Positions 49,738-62,520 of a stretch of DNA of 63,681 nucleotides are shown here, in pieces (within the stretch, counting starts at the first letter, position 1; each line of letters opens with the position of its first letter). The notes below the pieces were generated by a model. It saw only the letters and a program-made list of their open reading frames with translations. It was not told where the DNA came from and did not search any database. The stretch lies in the NCBI RefSeq assembly GCF_004010195.1, contig NC_057718.1:65969089-66032769 (forward strand). Reading direction: 5' to 3'. A program made the position numbers and the translations under genes. The DNA is from Chiloscyllium plagiosum (lineage: Eukaryota).

Positions 49738-51693
49738 TACCTGTGTTTTATATTTTAAAAATTTAATCGAGAGACAGAGCTCAGTAAAACATATAATCAA
49801 AAAAGAACCTCATCTGCACGTGTTAAGTGATGTTGCATCTTTAGGTCACAGGTATCTTGACATTGTGAGCAAATGAAATGAAACGTGGATATAATTTACT
49901 TTTGATGTGAATCAAGAGGCAGGAAGAAAGGAGTGACTGAAATAGGTAACTTCAGTTTGGCGTGCAATATTGATAAAATTAGGATAAAAACTGATATCAT
50001 ATGAAAATATCCTGTGTCATTGGCTCCAGTGATGCCACTTACCTTCACCGTGTCACTGCTGCCATAAAAAGTCTTTTGCTTATAATTTTAAACAGGTCAT
50101 CCATGCCTAAGGAGAGTGTGGAGGCAACTTCTGGCTTTGTATTGCTTTTGATTTGTGTGTGTGTGTTGATTTTACTTTCTGTAAGAACCAAGGTAATATG
50201 TTACTGTTGTGTGCAAGATATAGGTGAATTGAAGTGATGCATTTACTGTTCTGAAACAAAATAATGCAGAAGGGGAATGTCACCTGTGGTGGCACAAGTG
50301 TGATGAGCAAATATTTGAGGATTCTTAGCCTAACAAGTCTGGTGAGATTATTAAGCATTTTCCAAATTGCAGTCACATCCTGTGAGCTAAGCTTCTTGTT
50401 TTGATATCTTCAACATCCTGTTCCTTGTAGTGATTGAGATGGTGCCCATTTCTTGTCATTTTGCAGGAATCTGAACCTCGAATATTGCATCAAGCTGTGT
50501 ACCCAGTTTTGATCTCTTGTGGTCATTTTGCATCTTTAAACATTTCCCTGTTGTCTTCAGCCACATTGCACCACCCTTTTAAAAAGAATGTTAAGAGATG
50601 TCATAAGCGTCTGGTTTCTATTGATCAACCTCCTTTCTGTCCATGCTGTTAAAGTACCTTCCCACCCAACTTTATTTAGTATACCCAGTTTATTATTGCC
50701 TGGTTACCCTTCTCTCCTAAGTTTACAGACATTAATGTTGATTTCTTGTTTATCTTGATTTACATTCCACCCATTGTTACAGTATGCATATCTAAGGATT
50801 AGAACATTGTGGTTAAGAACTAACGATCTTCAATAATCTACTTATGTGCTATCAGACCAATTGACTTAACTATTCTGTGTTTTGCAAATATTTTGAAAGA
50901 TTTTCCCTTTCTGGAGATTATCTAACAATACTTCAACATCATTCTTCTGTACACTTTTGCTCTTTATTTCCATTCTTAACACTCTAAATGATGTAAATAT
51001 GTAATTCCTATTTCTCTAATAGCTTCTTCCACTGCATTTCACTTTCCCTTTCCATCCCTGAGTATTTTAAGGACTCTTTACACTATCAACTACACCATCC
51101 TTTTTCGGAGTCCATTTAGATTTCTCATCTCTATTTCAAATTGTTGCAACACTCTTTTTCCTATAATTTTCTTATTGTTGAGCCGAATTTTATTATTTCC
51201 AAAATCATCTCATTTTAATTTAATCTTATTGCTTTATTATAGCAGTTCTAACCTTTGGGATTCACTTACATTTCTTCTACACTGTAATCTACTCATCTCA
51301 TTTTTGAGGATTTCATGAGCCAGTGTGTTTGAATTCCTGTCTTTTTACACCACTAAGTGTTTCCTTTTTCTAGTCTGGGAGTCTTTGACTCTTCAAGATC
51401 CTTTCCTCTTCTAAATTTAATTTGAATTCTGCTCGATTGTTCCCTTATTTTACACAAGTTAATTCTTTGCAAGAAAATTTAACTTTTTTTTATTATTCTG
51501 TTTGGTCAAGTGTTTATGAAAATTTCTCTGAATGAAAGGCTCTATAAATAGATTGAGCAAATAAATGTTTGCCAAGTGATTATTGACAATGAGAATGAAC
51601 ATTGATTTGTTTTTAGCATATATTCCATGCAGTTTACCTGTAGTATGTTATAGTGTGACTATGCCCAAATTTTATTGTGCATATGTGAATCTT

Positions 51694-51987
51694 GATTAGA
51701 TTAGATTACATTAGATTACATTACATTACATTACAGTGTGGAAACAGGCCCTTCGGCCCAACAAGTCCACACCGACCCGCCGAAGCGAAACCCACCCATA
51801 CCCCTACATTTACCCCTTACCTAACACTACGGGCAATTTAGCATGGCCAATTCACCTGACCTGCACATTTTTGAACTGTGGGAGGAAACCGGAGCACCCA
51901 GAGGAAACCCACGCAGACACTGGGAGAACGTGCAAACTCCACACAGTCAGTCGCCTGAGGCGGGAATTTAACCCGGGTATCCGGCGC
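51694..51987 (-). mobile_element. Young V-SINE with (attag/attac)n tail
   Basis: Reverse complement of the 27778 family with CpGs retained. Confidence 0.88.
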
Positions 51988-52189
51988 ATGTATGTATTAG
52001 GGCTTCCATCACTTCTTAAAAAGGTATACTCTACATAGTTTCTTCAGACTTGACGTATACAAAGCAGTAACTTGGTTGGTGTGCAGGTTGGAGTTGTATA
52101 TCGGAACCATGTGGGTTTCCTAATGCAGTTGATCCCTTCAGCAAACCCGGAAATCAGAAGGCCCAATGGGCTATTTTGCTGGTACTGCC

Positions 52190-52505
52190 AGATGGATCAG
52201 TGGTCAGTACTGCTGCCTCACAGCACCAGGGATTGTGTATGTGTGTGTGTGTGTGTGTGTGTGGAGTTTGCACAATCTCCCTGTGTCTGCTTGTGTTTTC
52301 TCCAGGTGCTCCGGTTTCCTCCCACAGTCCAAAGATGAACTGGCAATACTTCAGTACCCATAGTGTCCAGGGATGTATAGGCTAGGTGCATTAGCCATGG
52401 GGAATGAAAGATTACAGGATGAGGGTGGGGTGTGGTTGGTGGGGATGCTCTTTGCAAGGTTGATCTGGACGAATGGCCTACTTCCACGCTTTGGAGATTC
52501 TATGT
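52190..52505 (+). mobile_element. Diverged V-SINE with internal (GT)n expansion
   Basis: tggatcagtggtcagtactgctgcctcacagcaccaggga head. (GT)n at about 52235-52263. Confidence 0.8.
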
Positions 52506-54039
52506 TCTGTGTGGAACCCTCCAAAAAGTCCCCTTAGCGCTGGAGACTTTAGGCAATAGAAATGTAATAGTTATCCAAGAAAAGTTGGTGGATAATAAGT
52601 CTGTAACCTCTGGGCAAGTAGCTGAGCCACCCCCTCCCCGCTTCAAAACAGGCAGGACCTGCCTGATTCTGGCACGCAATAACCTGACATTTTATCCCTC
52701 ACTTACCTTACACATTTATTATTTAACTCATGAAATAAAACAACAAGTTTTGTTAAAAAAAAATGTCTTGGACTGTATTGTTACTCCTGCACTGAGTGGA
52801 CGTCTCCTTGGTTATCTTATTAGCCCATTCAAGACATGGATTCTTGGCTGTAAAAAGTGCAGGCAGATTTGTGGGTAAATTTAAAGGTGACTGCCATTGA
52901 TGAATGGTAATCAAAACATCTGGCCGCTTAGTTGTTTGGCATGCATAAGATGAATAAAGGATTGCTAGATTCAATAGAAATTATTTACTCTGCTGAAAGG
53001 TTCCAGATCAGATTGGGAAAAGAAGTGCCCAGCCTTAAAATTAGAAAAAGGCATTCATAAATGTTGGCAGATCGCAATTAAAGCAGAGTCCATAAAAGTG
53101 ACCATCACTCCTGCCTCGAGGTGAATCATGGTGGGAACAGATAGTTGGTTTTCACCTCCACCATTAACCTTAGGGTTCCAGTGTCATATCTAAAGGACTA
53201 CTGGATAAGCATTCGTTTAAACCAAGACTCTGAGAATGGATGGCTGTAGCTGAACGTTTTGGCCCTTCCATCATTGTATGTTTCGTCTATTATCCTTGAC
53301 CAGGTGGACAGGTTTTTCATCCATGATTGGCCATCTTGTCTTGCCCATTACTCTCTCATTGCCTTTCTTCAATGATTCTCCATGTCTTGAATAACTTGAA
53401 TGACTATTGCAACCCAATCTCCATCATGACATGGCACATCCAAACTCTCCATACAATTGACTTCAAAGTTTAGTCTGTATGGTAATTTGCTTGGTGTGTG
53501 CAGTCGGGGATGTGAGTTACGAAGAACTTATCTGATGTGGGGAGCTTAATTCTGCCAAGCTGGTCTTTCAACAAGCATGCATGGTACACAAATACAGACA
53601 AAGGACTTAGTGACACTTGCTATTGGGAAAACTTGACCAGTCTTTACAGTTTGGAACTTTCATCACTTCATTGAGAAGGTAATGTTTGGTTCCTTGCACA
53701 GTAAAATCCCACACCAACTTTGCTTCCCCTTTCCGAGAGCAGCACGAGAGTCCATCTGAAGTGTAGAGAAAGTCTGGAACACTTATTCCTCAATCAGCAG
53801 TTGAGGCTACTTCAGTTGAAATTCTTGAACCTGAGCCTGAAAAATTGTTGTTAAGCAAGGATGTTGGGTTAAAGCACCAAGGTTGACAGATGGAGTTAAG
53901 ATGTGGATCAACTATGATTTCAGTGACTGATCGGATAAAATAGAATTGAAGTACAAAATGACATACTCCTTCATAACAACAGACTACTTTTGTGCTGTAA
54001 ATTCGACACAACATTTTCTCAATGTGACATTTTCACTTC

Positions 54040-54370
54040 AGCCATGAGTTCATTGATTGAGACTCCACTCCAGAAATTTACATGCTTAACCTAGGCTGAT
54101 GGTTCAATGTCATATTAAATGTGCTGCGGAGTCTTTCAGGTGAGCTGTTGGAAGCAGAGTCCTACTTGCCCCTTTAAGTTGACTGAAAGTATCCTATGGC
54201 ACTTTTGAGGAGTAAGGAAATTTTTCCAATTCTCCCATCAATGTGTCTCTTAGTCAATTACCAATCATGATTATCTGCTTGTGCTTTGTGGCATCTTGGA
54301 TGTTGACTGCCAATGAGCATTGGTTAGTACAAATTGACAGATACTAAAGAAGTAGTTTATTTCTTGTTAA
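54040..54370 (+). mobile_element. Highly diverged DeuSINE-like element
   Basis: cactccag...ctaggctga...gtctttcaggtgag...atcctatggcact...gattatctg...tttgtggcatcttg follows the Deu-domain SINE layout as I remember it. Confidence 0.5.
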
Positions 54371-55060
54371 ATAGGTGCATGCATTTATGTTTTAAGACTT
54401 AAGTTCAGCAGGGATTACTGGTCAGAGTGAAAATAATCAATGCAGAAATCAGGAATGCCATTTAAAGTGCAAGTTTGATTAAATTTATTCCAAAAGTGTG
54501 AACTTTACATATGCGGTTCCTGTAAAATCTTATTTAGTTTAATTTGGTAAAGTATTGGTTAATGTTGGAAAAAGAGAAATTGATCTTGAACATATACTTC
54601 ATTGACAAATACACAGAAGTAAGTATTAAGTTGTATTTAAGATATGTTGTGTGATTTTTCTCAAGCATTCAGTGTCTCAGTAGGCCCTTTTAATGGGGTA
54701 TCTAATCGAGTATTTTGAAGTTGTTAGTTCAAGTGTTTCCTGCTATTCACAAACTCAGTTCCTGCATTTTTGAACATCTGATTTTGTTGCTTCCACAAAC
54801 CTCTCTTCAGTTAGGTTAATTAAGAAATGCTATTCCTCACTTCAAAACTCAGGCCTTATTGAATGCATTTTTAGAGTTCCATATGTTTTAGGAGAAACCA
54901 TATTGATAAAATATACTGATTATTAATTATTTGTACAGTGGTTCATGGTTCATTTTGTGTAAGAAATCAGCTAATGCATTTCATGCAAAAGTTGGCCTTT
55001 ATCAGAACTGTAAATATCGACAATTGCAATTTGCATATGTGCGAATGTTTTATTTTCCAG

Positions 55061-55197
55061 GAACTCCAGCCACCCCTGCTACTCCAGCTAATGTCATGCA
55101 AAACTTACCTGATGCGTGGGCCTCCATCTCTCAGCTGTCAAACACAGACACGATTGCTGCTGTTGCACAGCTTCTGCAGAGTCCCCAGGGTCAACAG
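55061..55197 (+). CDS. SCAF8: SCAF8 internal coding exon (probably exon 6): (G)TPATPATPANVMQNLPDAWASISQLSNTDTIAAVAQLLQSPQGQQ
   Basis: ttttattttccag acceptor, GTGTGC donor, 137 nt, phase 1/0. Completes the split Gly codon (G|GA). Resembles human SCAF8 GTPVTPVTPANVVQGLPDPW...AAVAQILQSPQGQQ. Confidence 0.95.
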
Positions 55198-56379
55198 GTG
55201 TGCTACTCTTTGCCATTTTTTAATGTATGTGTGTGATAATTGTTGATAACAGTTGCAGACCTTTTGAGGCTCCTGTGTGACAGTGGTAGTATTCCCATGT
55301 ATGGACCAGAGGATCTGAGTTTAAATTCCACATAACATGTTTGACCAAGAACCCTGTTTCTCAATGAAGCATACCTTAATGTACGAATATATGTTAATAT
55401 TGGTGCATGTGTGTCGAGAATGCCTGAGTCTTGGAAGTCTGATTATGGTCACATGTAGTTATGTTTTGTCCCCAGTAGTGAAACTACTTTCCATTTTGGA
55501 AATATGCCAAGATGGAAGGATCCAAGCAACAGATCATGCTGAGTGTTTGGTTTTAATGGTAATTTAATTTAGAAAAAATAGGTTTGCTTATTTTTGTTTC
55601 TTGCCTGGATAGAGGAATTTTATCCAGATAATATCAAGATGGCTAAAACTCAAACAATATAAATGGTTTAAAATATTTTATAACGTCCTCGCTGACAATG
55701 CTTGATTAGCTATTTTGTAAATAAAATGCAAGATGGAGCAAATGTTGGAAATCTGAAGCTAAAACTGCCGTAGATTTGCCAGCATCTGGGGACATGAGCT
55801 CTTTGGGTGCATATCTTTCAAAATGCACCATCTCTTTATGTTTTCCCTTAGAAGCATCCCCTCAGTGCGGTGCAATCACAAAATTTTGTGACTGTTACCA
55901 AATTGACCTTTTTCGTTGTCTGAAAGCTCATTTCGGGTTGGGGAAGACAAATTTGGTTTAATTATTATGTATTTGGAAATCGTTCCGTTTTTTCCCAGTC
56001 ATGTTCCACACCATTTTCTTTTACCTTGCATGAAGCATAGACAGGTTCCCTGCAGCCAGATGTTTGGCAATGTTGCTTTCTAAAAGCTTATTAAAAAGTT
56101 GTTAGTGTACAAACATAATTTAGACTGACTTTCCTTCAATTATTTCAGCTCTTTTATCAGGAAGGTTATTTAATGCCTCCACACAGTCAACAGCTATGGA
56201 ATTGTGGAAAGTTATAGGTGTTTTTGTGGTGGCCATTCTATTTAAATGATATTAGTTCAAGTAGTGTCATTATTTATATATACTTATACAAGTGTTACAG
56301 GAGAGAAGTGGTTATTTGTAGTGATGATTCATTGATTTTCAATGCAAATGATTTCTTTATCATGTCCATTTATCTCTAG

Positions 56380-56553
56380 CTCCAGCAGTTGGTGCAAAGT
56401 CTTCAGATGCAGCAGCAAAAACCTCAGCCTTCTCTGCTTCAGGCTCTTGATGCTGGGCTTGTAGTTCAACTGCAGGCGCTTACAGCCCAGCTTACAGCAG
56501 CTGCAACTGCTAATACACTCAATCCACTGGAGCAGCGACTCAATTTTAATAAG
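56380..56553 (+). CDS. SCAF8: SCAF8 internal coding exon (probably exon 7): LQQLVQSLQMQQQKPQPSLLQALDAGLVVQLQALTAQLTAAATANTLNPLEQRLNFNK
   Basis: Absent from the + strand ORF track and translated by hand. tctctag acceptor, GTATTG donor, 174 nt, phase 0/0. QALDAGLVVQLQALTAQLTAAA is SCAF8-specific. Confidence 0.95.
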
Positions 56554-59129
56554 GTATTGTGATGGAAACAATTACGTTAGAGAGATAACATAACAAAGCA
56601 TGAGGCAGTATGATTCTGATCATTGGGTGTGGTACCAAAAATGTTCTACATTCACTCCTCAGTAAATGAATAAAATATAAAGTGTTGTGATATTTAACTA
56701 AGCTTTAATACTTTTGTTTTCAATATACATTAATTGACTACTATTGATATTTCAAAATGCATAGCATTTTTAAAATATAGTCCTCTATTTTCACAATTTT
56801 CCATTAATCATTAACACTAAGTGACAAATGGTTTTGCAGGTTGACAGTAATATTCTTTTGGTTTGAGCATACCACTGTTCGCACGCACTGCTTTCCATTA
56901 TTCATTTCCAGATAGTCAATCTTTTTTACCTTTGGCATCAAGGTAATGATTTTGCTCCAAGTTTTCCATTTTCTGATAGCCATACCCTTAATTGGCCTTG
57001 ACGTGGCAGACTAAAGTGGGCTAGAAATAGGATGATTCTAAAGTGAGAGGTTAAAATGCGGGCTTCTGTTTCTAAAAAGCAAATACCCAGTTTTTGCAAT
57101 AGAGTCAGCAGCAAAGGTTGAGTATATTGAAAAGGTTTTACAATCTATGGAAATTTAAATCCTTTTGATCAATATAAGCACCCTCTCACCCTGCCTCCCC
57201 TCATCATTATCTATTTTTATGAACAGAATTAAAAAGCCATATTATTACAGAATGAAGTTGAAAAAAAGACTTTTTCCATTGGAGCAGAACCTATTAGATT
57301 TAATAGCTTTTAAAATTCTGAGAGAAGACATTAAATTGAATAGGGAAAGCCCATTTCCTCTGGTTGGAGATTAGATACTTATTTTAAATTTGCATTTGTG
57401 CCGTTGTGTACATAATCATTCAATTCCAAGTCTTTATTCATTTCACTAGCCTATGTCCTAATGCAAGAGCAGACAGATATGTGACACAACTATGCAAATC
57501 CCTAAAACTATTGATGCTGGTTGATAAAGACATCACAAATCACAGGCTATGCTTGCCAGGAAATGGAAATCTTGGAGCAAAAAACACTACCGAGATGCTA
57601 AAGGCAAGAAAGGGTTTAATTTCTGGAAGGAAAGAATTGAAAAGTAGAGCTATTATATCAAGTTAGAAATATGGTTGGACCACACTTGAAGTGAATGGTG
57701 TTGACAGCATATTATGCAAAGGCCACATACAACAGTTAGCACTATTTCTTTCCTTTTTCACAAATTTGCCCCACAATGAAGAACTTGTCTAGGTAGGTGA
57801 TTGGTGATAGTCAATTTAATAGAGATTGATCCAACACTTGAATGGAGAGAACTGTTCATAATATTAACTAACGAGCTGACTCTGACGTTGTCAACAGTTT
57901 ACTGGGAATAAGGTTTAGTGAGGAGGGTGTGTGTCTCGTGGCCAACATAAGTTCAAACAGGATATAAAGTGATAAACTAGTGAAATGTGAGAGTTTAGAT
58001 TTGGGGGAGGATCTTTTAGAGGAGGTTTGACCCAGTGACATGGTTGAGGCAAATGATTGGATCATCTTGATTTCAGTGATAAAGAAGTCTTTGAACATCT
58101 CTCGCTTTGCGTTAGAGGTAAGGATAGGAGACCGGTATAAGAAGAGATTTTCAAGACTGGAAAGGTGCTTAAGAAAGACATTTGCAGCAATGAAAAGAAA
58201 CTGGGGTCACCTTTGTATTCCAGGATGGTTCTGAAATATTGAACAAATTTCATAGCTAAGCTGTAGATAATTGTGCTTTGTGTAACCTAGCTAGATGTGG
58301 TGGCTGGCTAAACCTGTTACGCACCCTATCCTGTTTTCCATGAATTTGCAGTTTGTGGAGTTAAGGTCATATCAGGTGAAATGCCTAGGATGAAAGAGAC
58401 AAGTAATTTTATGAGGGACTATGGCATCACAGATAGATATGAGGATATAGTTTGGTAAATCAGTAGTTGCTGAAATGTTCTGGTGGACTAATTGCGAGGT
58501 CTCGTGTTGATGTTTTGAATGAAGTTACAGGTGAACTGGGAAATTAATTTGGATGTTTAGTATTTTAAAGAAAGAACTTCCTCAATGTACTCTTCACCTA
58601 TAAAATTATCTCCTGATTTAAATTATATGACCAATCAAAAGAGACATGGAAGAAATAGCCACCTACCTGTTTTCCTGTGATGCCACACTTCAACCCTGAC
58701 ATGTAGAAACAAGTAGAAGGGGCACTCTGCCATCAGTTTTTATCTCCCCCTGCTCTTTTTTTGCAGTTTGCTCTTCCAATCCACTTGTCAGTGATGCTGC
58801 CTTGCTGCAAGATGATGGGGTGGTCATAAATATGGATTAGTGAGTTTACTGGAATTGAGTGATTTAGAGAAGATAAGACGACTGTTAACTCAAAAAGAGT
58901 ATGATAAGTTTAGATTGAGGTTAAAATGGTTAATTATGGCAGGTTGGTGTATAGAAACTGAGGGGAAAGACACAAAGATGTCTTGGTGAGAGAATTTAGA
59001 TCATGTATAGAAGGGCGGTAGAGAATGAACTAAGATGAGTGGAGCAAGTTGAGGTGCTCAGAGGAGAGTGAAGTGTTGAGCGGTCTGGTGGTCAGGCCAA
59101 GATGAGATTTGCTGATTAGTGTCTAGGAA

Positions 59130-60280
59130 CTGAAAAATCCCAGGTCATAAAGACCAGCATCCCAGAGAACCTAAGGAAGTGGTTCTAAAAATAATGGATG
59201 CGATGGTGATAACCTTTCAAGAGTCCGTTGACTCTAGAACATTTCCTATGGTTGGGAGGGTAGCTAATGTAGCCACACTAAATAAAAAGAAGGTAAAGAG
59301 AAACTGGGAATTATAGACTGGTTAGCCTAATATGGGTAGGAGGGAAAATGTTAGAGTCCATTGTAAAAGATTGAATGGTGGAGCGCTTGGAAAACAGTAA
59401 CAGGATTGGCCGGAGTCAGCATAGATTTATGAAAGCAAAATCATGCTTGACAAATTTATTGGAATTTTTCAGTGCTGTAGCTAGTAGCATTGATAAGGAG
59501 GACCCAGTGGCTGCAGTTTATTAGGGCTTTCAGAAGGTCCCACATAAAGCGATTAGCATGTAAAACTAAAGAACATAAGATTGGGGGAAGAGTGCTGACA
59601 TGGATAGAAAAGTATTTGGCAGACTAGAATAGATTAGAGTAGGAATAAATTGGTAATTTTCCAAGTGGCAGCCAATGACTAGTGGGGTACTGCAGAGATC
59701 AGTGCCTGGACCCCAGCTATTCACATTATAGATGAGGGAACTAAATGTAATATCTACAAGTTTGGAGATGACACAAAGCTGGTTAGGCAGGTGAAATGTA
59801 GATAACACAGCGATGCTTCTGTGTGAAATGAACAAGTTGAATGTGTGGGCAAATGCATGGCAGCTGAAGATAAATGTGAGGATTTCCACTTTGGTAGCAA
59901 AATTAGGAATGCAGATTATTATCTGAATGGCAGTAGATTGGGAAAGGGCTAGGTGCATCAAGACCTTGATATCCTTGTACATCAGTTGCTCAAAGTAAGC
60001 ATGCAAATGCAGCAGACAGTGAAAAAGCTAAATGATACATAGACCTTCATAACAAGTACAGGAGCAGGGATATCTTGCTGTAACTTTACAGGGCATTGAT
60101 GAAACCACACTTGGAGTACTGTGTGCAGTTTTGGTCTTCCTATCTCAAGCTATGGAGGAAATGCAACAAAGGTTTACTAGACTGATTCCTGGGATGATGG
60201 GACTGCTATACAAAGAGAGCTTGGATTAGTTAAGACTATATTCACTGAATAGCCTACTCCTGTTCCTACTTTGTGTTTCT
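59130..60280 (+). mobile_element. CR1-clade LINE RT fragment, degenerate
   Basis: Recognisable W..ANV.P, GNYR.VSL, KSCLTNLLEFF and [11 protein letters not shown] motifs with many indels. Confidence 0.8.
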
Positions 60281-61571
60281 ACTTGTCATGTTGCCACACG
60301 ACAGTCTTTAATGCAGAAGTGGAAGAATATCTTGCCAGATGGGGAGACTTAATTAAAAGAAAATTTATTATTGCCACTCAGCCAGGTGTCTGTATGGGTA
60401 CGATGCCAACTCATTAATCCATAACCAGTTAATGGATGGTAAGGGCCTAGTTCACAAAAAAAAGGCCATTCTGATTGAGACACTAAGAGGAGTTATAAAA
60501 GCTGAGTTCATGGCCCCTACAGTGGGAAGAGTGAGATGTACAGGAAGGACTGACCCTCAACTGGCACACTGGGTGGGAAGATGGACCAGAGAGCATGTTG
60601 GAGCAATTAGGATTTGTGCTTTTAATGAGTAAGTGCCAAGTGCATCACTGAGCCTGTTCTGTGTTTTAATCTTAGAAATAAACCCATAGCAAAATCCTTT
60701 AACATGAAACAAGGTGTGGTTTGTTAATAAAACATTCATAGCAACAGCTTCTGTGCTTCATTCTGTCTGTCTCTCTCGCACTCATACTCACCTGTACGCG
60801 CGCACACAAAAGAACAAAGTTGAGAGAGAAGGAAAAAGGGAAGGGAAGCTGTTGAAATTTTGAGTGCCTAAAACAAAAGTCGAAGATCTTGATATTAGTG
60901 TTTGTGACTTGAGTCCAGAAAGTCCAGTCTGTCATCTGGCTGATCTTGCAGCAATTCTTTTCCTTAGCTGTGTCACCTTCATTTGCAACCCTTGAGAGGA
61001 AGTGGTCCCTTAATAGTACAGATGAATGGAATCCATCTTGTGTTTCCACAGTGCAAGCACAAATGCTTGGAGCATTCAGTTTAGCTAGAAATCCGTGAAC
61101 TGAAATCTTTAGTATTTAGCCAAACTCTCTAAAAGTTTGTTTAGCCTTTATAGTTTGTTAGTGAACAGGGATGGGGTAAGTTCTTTGAGGGAAAAACTAT
61201 ATCTTCAAGACTGAACATTTTCCGAACAAGCAATGTTGCTTAATTTTCTTTATCATATAGTCTCCAACGTATGATTTGGGGATGAAGCAGGAAAGTGGAA
61301 TTGAGAGTTGTCAGAATAGACATGATCGCTTTGAATGGCAAAGTACACTGGATGGACCAAATAGCCCAGTTTTGCTCCTATGCCTTGTCTTTGTTGGAAT
61401 CAGGCTGTTATTGTCAACAAACTGTAGGCAGACATTGCCACAATAAATTAATTTTTGTTTTTAAAGAAGTGTCTGATTCTAAAATAAGTAGCCATTACAA
61501 ATAAAACAAGACCCATGCTGAGGTAAGGCTAAGTTGTGAAATGCTGAATTGAGTTGTATGTTTTGTTCCAG

Positions 61572-61651
61572 AAACTCCTTGACAGATTTGAGTATGAAGA
61601 AGAACAGGATCATTCAGAGGAAACCAAGAAAGAAACATCTGCATCCCAGCT
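61572..61651 (+). CDS. SCAF8: SCAF8 internal coding exon (probably exon 8): KLLDRFEYEEEQDHSEETKKETSASQ(L)
   Basis: Not in the ORF track. ttttgttccag acceptor, GTAAGA donor, 80 nt, phase 0/2. Resembles human KLMDRFDFGEDSEHSEEPKKEIPASQL. Confidence 0.92.
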
Positions 61652-61749
61652 GTAAGAAATTGTCTTATTTGTAATCTTCTTCCCTATGTTATAACTGAAT
61701 GCATATCTTGTTCCTAAAATCCTTTGAACAATTACATTTCAATTGCAGT

Positions 61750-62520
61750 ATCATAGAGTCAATATGGCACAAAATGAGGCCAATGACCATTGAGTCTATG
61801 CCTGGTTTGTCGGGTAATCCACATAGTTTCCTTCCTGCATTTCATCCACAGTCCTATAAACTTATTTCTCTCTAGTTCACTTCCAGTTTCCTTTTGAAAT
61901 CATTCACTGGTTCCTCTTCAACAGCAATTTGCAGATCATTACCACTTCCTGGGTTTAAAAAGATATCATCCTTACAACTGCTCATAATGTTTTGTCCAAA
62001 GCCTTAATATAGTGTCCCTTAGTCCTTATGCCATTAGTGAATGGGAATTGATTTTGTCTACTTTACGTAAGCCTATAATAAATTTGCAAACTCCTATCAA
62101 TACTGCCCTCAATTTCCTTTGATCCAAGGAGAACTGCTTCACTTTATCATTACTGTTGTTAGGCCTGGAACCACCCTGATAAATTTTCTCTGCACACTGT
62201 CAAGGACTCTTTATTCATCTTTATGTGGGGTCACCAGAACTAGATACAGTACTCTTATTGGAGAATGTTTAGCATAGCTTCCTGTCTTTTGCATTCAATA
62301 CCCACATTTCAGATGCCCACGATCCCACAAGTTATGCTAACTCATCATTCGCTTTGTCCTGTCACCTTCAAAGATTTATGCTTATCAACATCCATATTCC
62401 TTTGTCACTCTTTACAATTATGGTATTTAGTTAATATTACAGTTCTATTAATTCTTCCAAAATTTCTCTATTAAATTCCATTTGCCCTTGTGTGCCTGTT
62501 CTGGAAACCCATCTGTATTC
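61750..62520 (-). mobile_element. Old CR1-clade LINE 3' fragment (similar old fragment at about 36830-37680)
   Basis: atcatagagtc tail and decayed EYCI.FW.PH motif on the minus strand. Confidence 0.55.

Larger units (their letters stand above)
44870..49830 (-). mobile_element. Long CR1-clade LINE (5' UTR, ORF1 esterase-like, APE, RT; 3' end missing) hosting a SINE, a PLE and a MITE
   Basis: DFSKAFDKVPH...YINDLD...KFADDTKIG (ORF 44849-45268), GEVPEDWRLANM, and VIWVKLRNKKG. ORF1-like ARIKDISERVQNI occurs near 48820-48865 on the minus strand. Confidence 0.85.

Noticed and set aside
50380..53780. Additional coding genes in 50380-51500 and 52760-53780
   Set aside because: Only faint, stop-ridden hints of LINE endonuclease-like sequence on the minus strand, too degenerate to call.
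56329..56571. Minus-strand ORF overlapping an exon (antisense gene)
   Set aside because: Shadow frame of the CAG/GCT-rich SCAF8 exon.
60640..61230. Possible solo LTR
   Set aside because: The composition is suggestive, but I could not define TG...CA ends or a TSD.
9582..61651. SCAF4 as the gene identity
   Set aside because: The CID is shared, but the post-CID exons (GIPPP..SNTPGTP.TP.TPANV, QALDAGLVVQLQALTAQL) match my recollection of SCAF8. Reciprocal BLAST would confirm.
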